Below are positions 1-13,702 of a stretch of DNA of 64,000 nt, piece after piece. Origin of the DNA: Dimorphilus gyrociliatus (taxonomy: Eukaryota; Animalia; Annelida); contig CAJFCJ010000006.1 in the NCBI GenBank assembly GCA_904063045.1, positions 620,001-684,000 on the forward strand. Direction: 5' to 3'. Below the pieces are notes generated by a model that worked only from the letters and a program-made list of their open reading frames with translations, was not told the DNA's origin and ran no database searches. Within the stretch, counting starts at the first letter, position 1, and each line of letters opens with the position of its first letter. Position numbers and translations under genes: made by a program.

Positions 1-678
1 ACGGATAGGAGTGGAAGACTTTTATAGATGTCGTTGACAAAATATGGAATTGAACTATATTCCACTTGCCCGTGACATATGATGTAATTTGAAGAGTTTG
101 AATTTATCAACTAGAACTTAAAATATAACTTTTGAAAGTGCATAGGTTGATTTTTGCAGTTCATAAGCATAATTTAAAGAACGCAAATTAGAAAAAAATG
201 TGATAATGTTGGAGAAATAAAATAAAAAGCTAGGGGGACCAGAAGAACTCTTTCGTGCTGGGGTGATTGGTCTCTGATATTAAGCAGAGATTAACTTGAT
301 GAAAACTGTGCATTCTGGTATAATAACCGATCACTAACCGTATTTGTAGTTCATTCAAATGAACTTGTAGTTGTATATTTGTTTCCTAATATAATACAAG
401 CTTCTAATTGAAATTTCAGATCGCTTAATTATTTTCAAATTAATCCTAAAGTACTACAGTATTATAATAAATAAACTATTGTTATGATGTAATTATTTGT
501 TACAACACTCGAATTCTCAATATTTAGATATATTTTCCTTTAATAAATTAATGTTGAGCATATATTACGTAAGAAATTTTCTATCTTACAACAATATAAC
601 CTCAATGTTTAAGAGAATTATTTTTTGGACATAATTTACTAAGCATTAACAATTAAATCATTAAATACATATACTGAC

Positions 679-3600
679 CTTCTCCGATTGGAATTTTTCA
701 TTTAATTCGGATAAAGAATCTAATTCTTTTTTATACTTTTCGATTTCTAAACTTTTTTCCTTTATCTATCAATCATTTGAATTCTTATTACATAGTTTTG
801 TCATTTGTTTCTTAACAATATACAGAACATCCAAAAGTATATACTTACTTCGGCTTTATATTCACAAACTTTCACTTTTAAATTTTCAAGATCCTTGTGT
901 AGTTCCTATTTGAAATAAGTCTATAGGCATAAAAAAAATTCCTACAAATTTTACCTGATTATCTTGCTCCACATTAGACAATTTTTGGGTTGTTAAATCA
1001 CTCTCCTCCTGCTGTTGATCTCGCATATTCGATAAGGTACTATATATGTTTATTATCGATTTTTTATATTGTATTTTGTCTGGAAAGCAATTAAAATAAC
1101 CTGGCTAATTCATTCTTCTCGGTTTCCAAAAGCAACTTGAACTTTGCCATATTCTCAAAATTGCTCTGGAAATGTTCTTTTTCAGACTTTAAAATTGATA
1201 TATCCCCATTGAGCTTCGTCAATTCAACCTTATGCTTTAGAGATGTTCGTTCTAAGGCTTCAGTAACTAATGTCTGAAAATTTTTTTAAATTTACGAATT
1301 TCTGTTGTAATTATTACACACACTTTTTCCTTAATTTCTGCTTCATATTTTTGATACAGTATGGCATAGTCATCTTGGACTTGTTGAAGATCCTTTTCAC
1401 TTGACTTTATCTTACGCTCGTATTCCATCTGAAATACATTGTCTTATCTATCGTGTTTATCGATAAATATTCTTACTTTCATAGCTTCACATTCAATAAA
1501 TAAACGTTCTTCGTCATCTGATTTAAATGATTTAATATCCTAAAAATACAATCAGATATGAATTATGATCTTGAGGCATTAAAGTGCGTACTTTTGTACA
1601 ACTGTCTTGATTTATGTTCTCTGTCACCGCTTCTAGCCTGAAAACAGTAATCATCTATATAAATATTTTATATCCTCATATATAATCTTTTATAATCTTT
1701 AATATTAATAATTTGGAGGAATTTTGATTATATTTCAATAATTTTTCATTTGCATTTTAGATACTTTTTAGAGGGGGAGCTTAAAAGGTCAGCTATTTTT
1801 TTTTCCAAAACTGTTCGCTGGTCTTTTTCGTCTCTCAAGATATCTCTGTAAATATATGTGATCAGAAGTGTAAGAGTGGCATTCAAAAGTAAACATACTG
1901 TAAATTGTTTATTTGTCGTTCAAGGTCAGTCTTACTTCGACTAACTGTCTCCAACTCTTTTAAGAGTTGGCTATTTTCATTTTCAAGATTTTTTTTCTTA
2001 GTTTCTAAAGTCAACTTCGAAGCTTTTTCTTTATCAAGTTCTTCATTCACCAGTGCAAGCTGTTTTTCCAGCCTTTGAACATTTGAATCTATAAAATAGA
2101 CTTGATAGTTTCATTAAAGAAACAATTTTTATGTTATAAAGTATGCAGTGAAATCAAGCCCTTAGGTATTCAATTATATTTTATATAATAGAGGAAAAGA
2201 TTAGCTAAATTGCATAACTTTAATTCTGACATATTTTACCATGTATATTCCTATTAACGGATGCATTCTGTGGGAATACGGTATTTTCTTGAGCATCGTA
2301 CGCTGTTGTACTTCTAAAATTTGGATATGAACTTCTATCAAATACTATAAAAATTTTCAGCTTACTCGAACTCATTTAAGAATTGATGAGCAGTGTTTTG
2401 TTCTTTTTTCGAAGGAGTCGTCTGTTGAAATGAATAATTAAAATAGTAATTTTATAATAAAAAAATTTGAAAACCCACGGAAGGTGATTTTTGTGGTTTT
2501 GAAAGGGCTATGTTCTCAGATGAATCTTTCTTATGAAAATCAGATTTCACCTGAAAATATGTCAATCCTTAACAAATGTCAAACAAATGCTCTTATAAAA
2601 TTAGTTCAGCTCCTAATTAAAATTAATATACGCTACTTAAGAATCCCTCATGAGTCTTTGTACACTTGCTTCTCGAAAGAGAAATAAGATTTGCTGGTTA
2701 GAATGCTAAAATATAAAGATTTAAAATTTGGCGCGTTTCAATGTAACTTCAATGAAGTAGAGTCATAGGATAGTAAAATAATTCAAAATGCCTTTTATCA
2801 TTTCATAACTAAAGATTGAAAAAGAAATAATTTGCAGTTATTTAATATTTACCTCATCAAAGCTTTCAACGTCACTAGATCCTGAATCCCAAGTACTTTC
2901 ATTCTTTTTCTGAACTAAAATCACTTCTTTATTACTCTTTATTGGTTCAGAATCCCATTGACTAGGATCGTCACTCTCTTGAGTATCTTTCTTCGGAGCT
3001 TTTGTAGCGCTCTCTTCTTTTGATTCTGAATCCCATTGGCTGTCATCTTGTGGAAAATTCTCGTGCTTAGTATCCGACTCTCTTGTTTTTGCATGAGGGG
3101 TTATTTTTGTGCCAATTACTGTACCATCAGACACAGCAGCTTTTTCTTCTTTAATGGAAGGTTCAATGTTTGAAATCGAATCCCAATCACTATTGTCCTC
3201 CTTTATAAAAAATCCATGTTTAGAAAATTTAATTTATAATTTGACAATAGAAACAACTAGGATAATTAATCCCATGTATTCTTTGTTGCTTACCTGTTTC
3301 GAATCTAAGGTTTTTGGTATATTCTCATTCTTTAATAAAGATTTTGCTGATGCTTCAATATCAGACACATCACTAATTGTCTCATCGCTATCGAAATCGT
3401 CTATATCCATTTTATCTTAAAGAGAAAATCGAATTTAAAAATCGAACTATTTCACTATTTGTTTAATTCCTATGTGCCTCCCCTTCCGTTCGTAATAAAA
3501 TACAACATGGTAGTTATTTAATATCTTATTTGTGGATTAATTTGATACATAATTTTCAAATAAAATAGTAGCTTTATTCCAAAAAGACCTTTAGTTTTGT

Positions 3601-5175
3601 CCTGTTGCGATTGAATTTTATCTTGAATCTTTGGTTTAGGTGATTGATTCGGTTTGAAAGATGTAAAAGATGACATGTTCGGAACTATACAGGAAGGTAA
3701 CTATATGTATCAATAATACTAATCAAATAAATGAAGAAACCTGTTTTGTCTATTTCCTCAGCATCTGATAATTCTTTATTATAACCACCGAACTGTTTGA
3801 CAGATATAAGGATTATTGTTTTATCATGTTGATCAATAGTGAAGAAACTTAAACCTGTGCTTCTCCAATGTTTGCATACGTGGCATCATTGATTGGTAGA
3901 AGTGAAGGATTTCCGTCTATATTTGGCTATTTGGGATGAAATGTGAAAAAGAATATCGTCAAGTATTTAAAGTAACCTTTTTACTCATTGAAATACTATT
4001 GAATAATGAAGTTTCATCTTCACCATCCCAAGAATCCTCAAAATCATCATCAATAGCGTTTGGAGCGACACTTTGAGAATTATTAGAAATATTGTCTAAA
4101 AATCAATATCTTCATGTTTGTTTTGTCATAAATAAAAGTAATAATTAACCTTTCCCTCTTATAGAATCAAGAGCTTCATTTCTTGAATCATTATCTACTT
4201 CATCATTTTCGTGTAGAGGTGCGTTTGCATCACTTGGTGACTCTTGTAAAAGCACTCTACAAGAATCATGATTGTTTAGCAAAGCATAGTCATCTGCTGT
4301 CTTGCCTGCAAGAAATAAAAACACTTAAATTAAAACAGTAAGTTAGCTCTTTTCTACGTCACCTTTGTTATCTTTCAATCCAGCATTAGCCCCAAAATTC
4401 AAGCATAGGCGGGCCGTACTCTCCTCTCCCATGCTGTTTATAATTGTTTTATTAGCAAAAATGTTTAGATGTAAAAAACTTGTATTTACAAGCACGCTAT
4501 CATCAAGGGTGTCTTTCCTTCATTGTTTTGGCAGTTAGGATTAACTCTTTCCTTAAGTAGCAATTGCGCAATATTTTGGTTGTGGCCTTTGACAGCTAAA
4601 TGTAATGCTGTATCTCCCATCTAACAAAGTCATATTTTAATAATTACAAAGTAATAGACAAATGTTTCAACCTTGTTTGTCAATTCTGTATTAAGCTTTC
4701 GTGACTTGAATAATTCTTCTAGACAATAAATATCATTATTTTCTACAGCATAATGTAAGCAAGACCCTCCATTTTTATCAACCAAGTTCGGATTGGCATG
4801 TGACTCTAGAAGTAGCTTTACACATTCAGATTTTTTACATTGGACTGCTTTCATAAGAGGAGATCTATCAAATTTGTCTAACAGATCAGGCTTGGCTTTC
4901 CATTCCAGCAACAGATCAACAATATCAACATTACCATTTGCACATGCTAAATGTAAGGCGGTTCTATTTTCTTTGTCACGGGAATTATAATCACCTTTTT
5001 TTATTAATTGGTTAAGCTTGTTAAAATCGCCGATCCAAGCAGCTTTATGAAGCTTCGGCAGATCTTTTTCCTTAACTGAATATCCTGACCCATCCTGTGA
5101 TTGTAATGAGGCTAAGGATCCTGTTGGGGAAGGAGTTTTACTACCTCCCTTTTTTTTAACGAAAAATTTCAACAT
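679..5175 (-). CDS. ANKRD26: Ankyrin repeat + acidic linker + coiled-coil protein, ANKRD26-like (multi-exon; 3' end unresolved, may extend left of 679)
   Basis: ATG at 5175. N-terminus GYSVKEKDLPKLHKAAW...RDKENRTALHLACANG...SPLMKAVQC matches the ANKRD26/POTE family. More ankyrin repeats (MGDTALHLAVKG, EGKTPLMIAC, KTADDYA) are joined by ~50 nt GT-AG introns (e.g. 4621-4671). Coiled-coil exons such as IKEKSLEIEKYKKELDSL end at the donor at 678. Confidence 0.75.
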
Positions 5176-5591
5176 TCTTTTTTACCAGCTCAGACATGTA
5201 GTTGAGCCGCCATTTGTAAACAGTCTCGTTTTCGATATTAGTGTGTGGTGTAGCGCGTTTCGCCCGCGAAAACAAAAAAATGCTATCATCGAGCACAGAA
5301 CACTCCATATATTGTTAAAAATTTGTTTACATTTATAGTGTACGGTAGTATAAATTACTAAAATACATACATAAAACGTAATCAATTTGAAAAAGTTCAC
5401 ATTAGCTGTGTGTCATTAAGAGGCAGACACCTGTTAAGCTATTGTCAGTGTGCCATACACTCATAGTTCTTTCACTCTCATTCATACGGTACGTTTGCAC
5501 ATATAGAAAGCATTTATGCTATGAACAAAACATCGTAACGTAGTTTTTCAATGAATAATGTGCTCTATTAAATATGCGACTAGACGGTCCG

Positions 5592-6722
<1,131 letters not shown>

Positions 6723-6868
6723 CTTGCGCTCTTCTTACATTCACACTAACTCTATTAGCCTGAAAATCACATATTACATTCACACGTTGCTGTCAAACCT
6801 ACACATAAAAGCATCCAACCACACCCTGCTTAATACCGATTATTTCATCCTAGGTGCCCTGGTTACGA

Positions 6869-6890
6869 TGACGTCAAAACAATGACGTCA
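6869..6890. promoter_or_regulatory. Two perfect CRE palindromes (TGACGTCA at 6869-6876 and 6883-6890)
   Basis: Exact 8-mers seen ~150 bp upstream of the GNB1 ATG; function is inferred. Confidence 0.45.
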
Positions 6891-8646
6891 TATATTCCCC
6901 GTAGTCTTCTACTTCTAGGCTACTGAGCAGATCACTAGCTCAATGGGAACACAAAATCGAGGTTTTAAAAGAGACAACTAATTGTCACATTAGAGTAAAA
7001 CCGGAAAACCCATCACACTTCGCTCCTAGACTAATGAGAAAGCGCGCCATTTTGTTCTACACAATCGGCGGCTAATTTTTTTTATCAATCTCTAATCTTT
7101 TGATTAGTTAACTCACCTCTTAGGAATAATTCTTCTACGTTCTTTACGGATATTCGCGTATCTCCCTAAAGGCACTGGTATCAACGCGGCTGAAACGAGT
7201 GCAAATTCAGAGATCTATTAAACGCCATCTTTCATTCATAATCAATGCACACAGGCCGGCTTTCAGTTAAAATTAAAGAAAATTTCCTGGTGCAATCCGT
7301 AAAAAATTGTTTAAAGAAATAAATTTAAGTAATCCTTAGCAGTTAGAATGATTAAAAGTTAAAAATTAAAATCCATTCCATTTCTCTTACATGACAGACA
7401 TACTTCCCCTTCACTAATTGAAATCGTCAAAAATACGCAAAAATCCTAAGCTACGTGAACAGAAATTTGTTAAATAAACCATTATTACCCTTTCGATAAT
7501 CCGCGATAAAGCTAAATCTTTATTCTCTCATATAAACCGATCCTTGCTGAATTTTATTCTTGCATATATGCACCAATCGTAGCTTTTCAAGGCGCGGCGG
7601 CGTCAGATCGCATTCGCATTATGCAAATTTTCTCGCACATGCGCGCGCAGCCTACAACAGTTTCATGAAAAATATTCTTATTGTATTGCTTAAACAGAAT
7701 AAATGTCATTTACACATTATAGATAAAAAATAGAAATGTATCTGTATTTCTTTATTTAAGTGATCTTTAAAAGTTTACCATGAAAGCTTAATAATGAATG
7801 ATGAAACAGTTATTATGAAATTTTCCCTGTTTCTACAGGTTCCAAGGCAATATGAGCATGAGCATAATTAATTGAACGACAATCTAGCCTATATTGTAGG
7901 CCTATCGTACTCATATATGTCTTATAATAACAAAATTATCTAGTTAAAAATAATTCATATAATACAGTGAACGAAATTTTACTGAGAATATTTATGAAAC
8001 AGACCAAATTTTGTATGATAATTTTGAAGCTAAAATTCTTTTCGAATTTATTATATAGAGAAGCTCCATTTTGGTTACATGAAAGCTCATTGGTTGAGCA
8101 ATTATACTTGACCAATCAGATATGGGTTAAGAAAGAATCTTCGCTTGGAGATTTCTACCTTAATCCTACCCACTGAGAAAGCGATTTATTGAATCATTGT
8201 AATTTTTAAAATCTTGTTGCTTATTTCTTGCTTACATACATACATTATAGACATAAGAGATGTAATTTATATATATATTATATTAGTATATATAAAATAT
8301 GAAGTGTTTTATACAGCATATATATATATAAATTTATTTATATTTAGATACACTACGGTTCAAAATTAAAATAAGAAATCTTTAAAATATTTTTTTAGAT
8401 TACGGGAAATCAATTCGATATAAAAGCTACCACGCTTTAAAGTGTCCGCAAATGAAAAATAAAATGTAGTATATATATATATCATATTATATATAAATAT
8501 ATAACAGTTCATTTTTGTTCTGTAAAATCCATTTTCTCTGACTTGTGATTAGGAGAAACATAAATGAAAACCTTTCTTCGTTCAAGCAATTTGAGTTTTG
8601 CGCGCTTCTTGACCAATCACCTGTAAACAAGGAAAATATATTCAAA

Positions 8647-11167
8647 ATGGCGGACGCTTCTCGGTATGTTCAATTCTTTAAAATTTTCCTCTATAATATC
8701 AATATTGGTACAATTATATGTATTTTATGATGTAATAATTTATTACTCATGGGTAGAGAGTACTGTAAATAGCAAATTATTTCTGGTTTTTGCATTTTCG
8801 TTCGTATTATGAAGATTTTAATTATCGCCCAGAAAATGTCGGTTGGTGCGTCTATTGACTATTCCCGAACAGTTTTCTTTGTATCGAAACAAAATGCTTC
8901 AATTTATATGACTTAATTTAGTCAGATAAAATTAATTTTAATATCTCAGGGCCTATAAGACGGGAGAAGATAACTACAAAAATGATGGAGAAGATTTAAT
9001 GGAACTTGAAGACGGTAGCCTGGTACCGCGGAATCAAGTTTTAATGCTTGATGATAGTAATTCAAAAGAGCCAAGTAATGAGGGATCTGTTAACGTGCCC
9101 GATTTACCAACAGGAACAACTGTTAAAATGTCCGGGGATAAAATCATTTCAATTCAATTACCTAAGAGTCCATCGTCCAAAAAAGAAGGCGATGTTGTTC
9201 AGAAAATAATTGTGGACCCGAAAGTTGAAACGGTTCAGACTGGAGATGATTTGAAAAAGAAAATTTTTATAGCAAATGCCCCAGCAAAAACTCCAATTAG
9301 AATTCAAAAAATAATTCCTGTCAATACTGGGACCTTCTCTCCAAGAGTAGGACGTCCTCCTGGTCCAAGGGTTGTAACTATGCAAAAATCACCCATAGCA
9401 GTGGTTAGGCCACCAACAGTTGTCAAAGTTACTCGCCCTACAACAAATACATCTGTTGTAGTCAGACCAGTGACATCAAAATCAACTGGAAACCCCAGAA
9501 CTATGGTTTCACTTATAGATAAATCGAAAATTCAGCTAATGCAACAAAAGCAAAAAGCCGTTATTGTCAAAATGCCGACAAGCAATGTTCAAACTGTCAG
9601 TTCCCCACCATCCCCACAGCGTATGGTTAAGGTAGTTTCATTAGCTGCTACTGGAAAGAGTCCCACGAAAGTTATATCGTCAGCCACACATCAATCAACT
9701 TCTTTACGCGGGACTGACCAACCTATAAGATTAATAAATCCAGGTGTTAGTCAAATGAAACATTCAATAGAAATGAGTAAAAATCTTGACAGAAATGTAA
9801 TCAGAGTCGCAGAATGTAATAAGAGAGATGAAGAATTTTCAACAGGTCATTCTGAACAATCAGGAATTGAAAATGTGCCAGAGGCTTTAGTCCAAGAAAC
9901 TGTTGCAGCACATGAAGAAACCAGCGCATCAGACCTTCTTGCTGGTCAACCAATACTTGAAGATGAAGTCGGTGGTGACGGATATCAAAGCGATATATTT
10001 ACTTCCTCAGTAAAAGATGATGACGACGACTTCACATACACCGCCCCTTCTCTTTATGCTTCACCCACAACTCAGATCCTGTCTGATAGGGTAAAAAGCA
10101 AGGGCAGAAAAAGAGGTAGAAGGCCAGGCTTTTCCAACAAAAGTAATAAAAAACTGGAGCCAAAGATCGAAGTAGACTCAGCAGCTGGGCAATCAAGAGC
10201 AGGCAGGGAAAGACGAAAGAGTACCAAAGTGATGGAGATGGAGGAGGTAAGGTTTGTCCAATTTTTTAATGAAGAGAATAATAAATTTGTTCTTAGGTTT
10301 TGCTGAGTAAAAAAAAAAGACGGTCAATTCCTAAATTTGAGGATTCTGAGCCATTCCCACCTATTCCTAACCTGGAGGAACAATCTCCTATAGAAAGGGT
10401 AAAGGATAATATAGAAGAGGCGGAGCCATCTGTTACAAAACAAAAAGATACTCTTGATGAGGTAGTTTTCGAATTAAAATATAATTTGTAATCAACAATG
10501 TTAAAACAGGTAAAGTCGATTGATGACGATTTCATTCAAAACAAGGACGACAGCTTAGAAGTCACGAGTAAACTTCACAGGAAGAGACAACGAAAAGTTT
10601 CTATATTCGATATTGTAGTATGATGAGTTACTTATTTCCATTTTCTCCAAATAGCCAATAAAAGACGCGAAAGACACATCGAAAGAAACAGTTGAAAATC
10701 AGAAAAGAAAAAAAACTGATCAGCCTGTCAAAGTAGGTCGGAGAACGAGAGCGGTAACGAAAACGGAAGAAAACTCTAATCTCTCCAAATCTGACACATT
10801 TCCTGAAGAGAAAGAACAAGAAAAAATTGAAAGAATTGAATTAAAAGAAGAAAAATCTGTCGATTTAACGACAACCGGAAGAGCCAAATCAAAACGAACT
10901 GCTAAAGCTGCTGTTGAAGTAAAAACAAAGGGACGAAAAGTTACTCGTAATAGAAGTGGTGTGTTAGAGTCTAACACGAAAGGTGAATCTAAGCAAAAGG
11001 AAGAAACCAATATGGAAAAACCGAAAAGTGCGAGAGATAAAAAGAAACTCGTTGTAAAATATGATTTCGGTGCTTCAACAAAGAAAAACGAAGTCGGATT
11101 AAAATTCAGTCATGACAATAATGAAGGCGAGCCAGAAGGCAGGCGAACGAGACGCACTAGAAAGTAA
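8647..11167 (+). CDS. Unrecognised low-complexity, Lys/Arg-rich nuclear protein with AT-hook-like motifs (multi-exon)
   Basis: A 17-nt first exon (ATG 8647, MADASR, donor gtatgt 8664) splices in frame through the acceptor at 8949 into the 435-aa ORF. Motifs RVGRPPGP and KGRKRGRRPG. Later exons are joined by short introns to the stop at 11167. Confidence 0.75.
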
Positions 11168-11652
11168 CCAAAAATGTTCCCACTTACTTTCCGATCTCTT
11201 CTATTTATCTTAAATATTTTAAATCATAGATACGTTTTTATCAAAGAGTGCTGTGCTTAGAAAGATTTCCTTATATCTATTTTTATTGATGCATTTACAT
11301 TTCTTCTGTTTGTTAAGATAATTAGACTATTTGACTGTGTTTATACGTGTATAAATGTTAGAATATTACAAAACCTTGTAAATACATTTAGTAATAGAGC
11401 TTTTTACTACTTTAATTTATTTTTAAAATTTACAACTGCAATAATTTTAGCAATACTTAATGTTTACCGTTTAGAATCTTTTTCTTTTCATATTAAAACT
11501 GGTTCAATTGCAAGCAGCATCACATATCAAAGATAGTTCCATTCATGTGCATTGAGACGATGTCCCAATACCAAGATATATCCAAATATTAGAGTAATTG
11601 TTTTCTATCCAAAGCTTAAAGTTCAAAGTTGTTGACTAAAGTAACTAAGAGT

Positions 11653-12867
11653 ATGGGAAGATATTTAATTTATTTTTCTTATAGTGGAAAAAATTTTAGG
11701 TTAGCTAAGTGTTTTCATTATCGCTCATATTAGAACACTGGCTTTTTTCAGTGGTCTACAAGTTCAGAAAGGCTTATCCGCAGGATGTAAAACAATAATA
11801 GGCGTGTTGAAAGTAAAGATTTTCTCATACTTCTGAAATTAAACGAGTTTAGTAATTATTTTAAATAACAGATGGCGTTTCAAACCTTAAAGCCGCTCAA
11901 TGATATACATTTAGTAACCTCATCCAGAACTGATAAAGGAGTTCATGCCTTGTGCAATACGTTTCATATTGACATTGACACAAGGTTCTTTATTTTAAAA
12001 ATCTGCATATTTGAAAATTTATATAACACACAGATTTCAACTTACAACCTCAGCCATAACTAGTCACGTCAACAAAAAGCTTGAAGAGCTACATGAAAAT
12101 ATACGGTAAAAATATTCTTTACATATAAAGCTTCTATTCATACTCTTAACTTTTATTTTAGAATACTGAAGACAATAGCCGTTGATGATTATTTTCATTC
12201 ACGCTACTGTGCCGTTTCCAGAACGTATTTATATAGAGTTTTGAGTCCACATGACACTTACAGTTTTGAAGGGAAAAGATTTTGGGAGTTGCTATATCCT
12301 CCAATTGAATATGGCAAAAGTTACCTCGTCCATCGACCTTTAAATATGGATCGTGTTAGAGAGGCCATATTACATTTTAATGGAACTCATGACTTTAAGG
12401 CCTTCATGTTACCTTCGTATATGAACGAACGATCAATTAACACTGTAAGAACTCTGAGCGCTTCTGTTCAAGAAAGTAATTTTATTCTTCAAAACTATAT
12501 GCCCTATATGAAAGAAAATATTAAGAGTTATGACTTCATTTTCAAATCTAGCGGGTTTCTATATAGGCAGGTTGGTTGATGTCCTAATGTTTTACAGATT
12601 TTACGTTTTTTCAACTTTTCAAGGTTAGAAGAATGACGTCGATCCTTTTGAACATAGGTCTAGAATTAGATGATCCGATAATTATTAAAGAGTTACTGGC
12701 TAAACCTTCACATAACAAGTTTTTGAAAATACACAGTATTCCCGCCCACGGCCTCTACTTGTTAAACGTTGAATATAATCCTAAAGGTGAGTTTATCCTA
12801 CAATTTTTCCGTAATATATTCCAATCTATTACTTACAGATATGAAAAAGGACAAATTCTTTTTTTAG
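11653..12867 (+). CDS. PUSL1: tRNA pseudouridine synthase A family (TruA/PUSL1-like), multi-exon
   Basis: MGRYLIYFSYSG N-terminus; catalytic SSRTDKGVHA; HFNGTHDF; SGFLYRQV-RRM; PAHGLYL. The last exon ends DMKKDKFFF-TAG at 12867. Confidence 0.88.
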
Positions 12868-13702
12868 TTCTCTCTAAGTATTGGCAATGCAGTATGTCGT
12901 TTAAAAATAATTATAAGAGCTTTATAAACATGCTTTGAAATACAGAGATTGCATTGCTTCTCTAAAAATACGTTGCATTACACATTGAACATGCGTTTGT
13001 TTACAAGAACTGATTTTTACATCTGGCTATTTGCTATGGATTTCCCTCATTAGGAGCGTTTACTATATTACTTTCTTTAGTTGTCTAATTATTGAAAATA
13101 ATATATACGAGAATTTTGCTTAATAAAATTCATATCTTGTGCATTCTAATAATATAATAATTGTAATGATAAATAGTGGGAATGATTAATCAATATTAGC
13201 TAACATATTTTCGAAATAAAGTTTAAGACCAACATTTAATCATCTATATAAAATATGAAGAAAATTGGTTTGCACGTATAGTCTGGCCCTTATCGGTCCG
13301 TCGAACTGTTTTCGAAATACGTACACGAAATACCGCGCCTAACATTTGCCGCTCTCGAGATTGGAGATATGCTCGCCACTCGTCTTTAGAAAGTTCAACT
13401 GAGCCGGTCAGCTTTATGGAGCTATGGGATTAAATTGTTTGCGCATTTGGATCGTCGTCTCTCTCTTATTTGACGTCTACTGTGGGGTTATTACGGTAAA
13501 TTTGTTTTTCTCGTATGATTGAAGAGTGCTGTTTTGTCTAAAGTACGATAGTTTTTCAATTTTCATCGCATTTTCTATCACATCGTGACAGTTGCTTTTG
13601 TGCCACTAGATACATACGGCGTGCAGACTCAACGTATGCCCTGCAGAAGTGCTATATTAACGCGATTAATCTAATATAAAATCTTTATTAAAAATAGAAA
13701 GC

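Noticed and set aside
9-53. Possible last exon of a plus-strand gene (EWKTFIDVVDKIWN-stop)
   Set aside because: Too short, and at the window edge, to support.
3109-3420. 103-aa plus-strand ORF
   Set aside because: Antisense shadow of an acidic ANKRD26-like exon.
8260-8500. TA-rich tract
   Set aside because: Low-complexity intergenic DNA without terminal repeats or regular structure.
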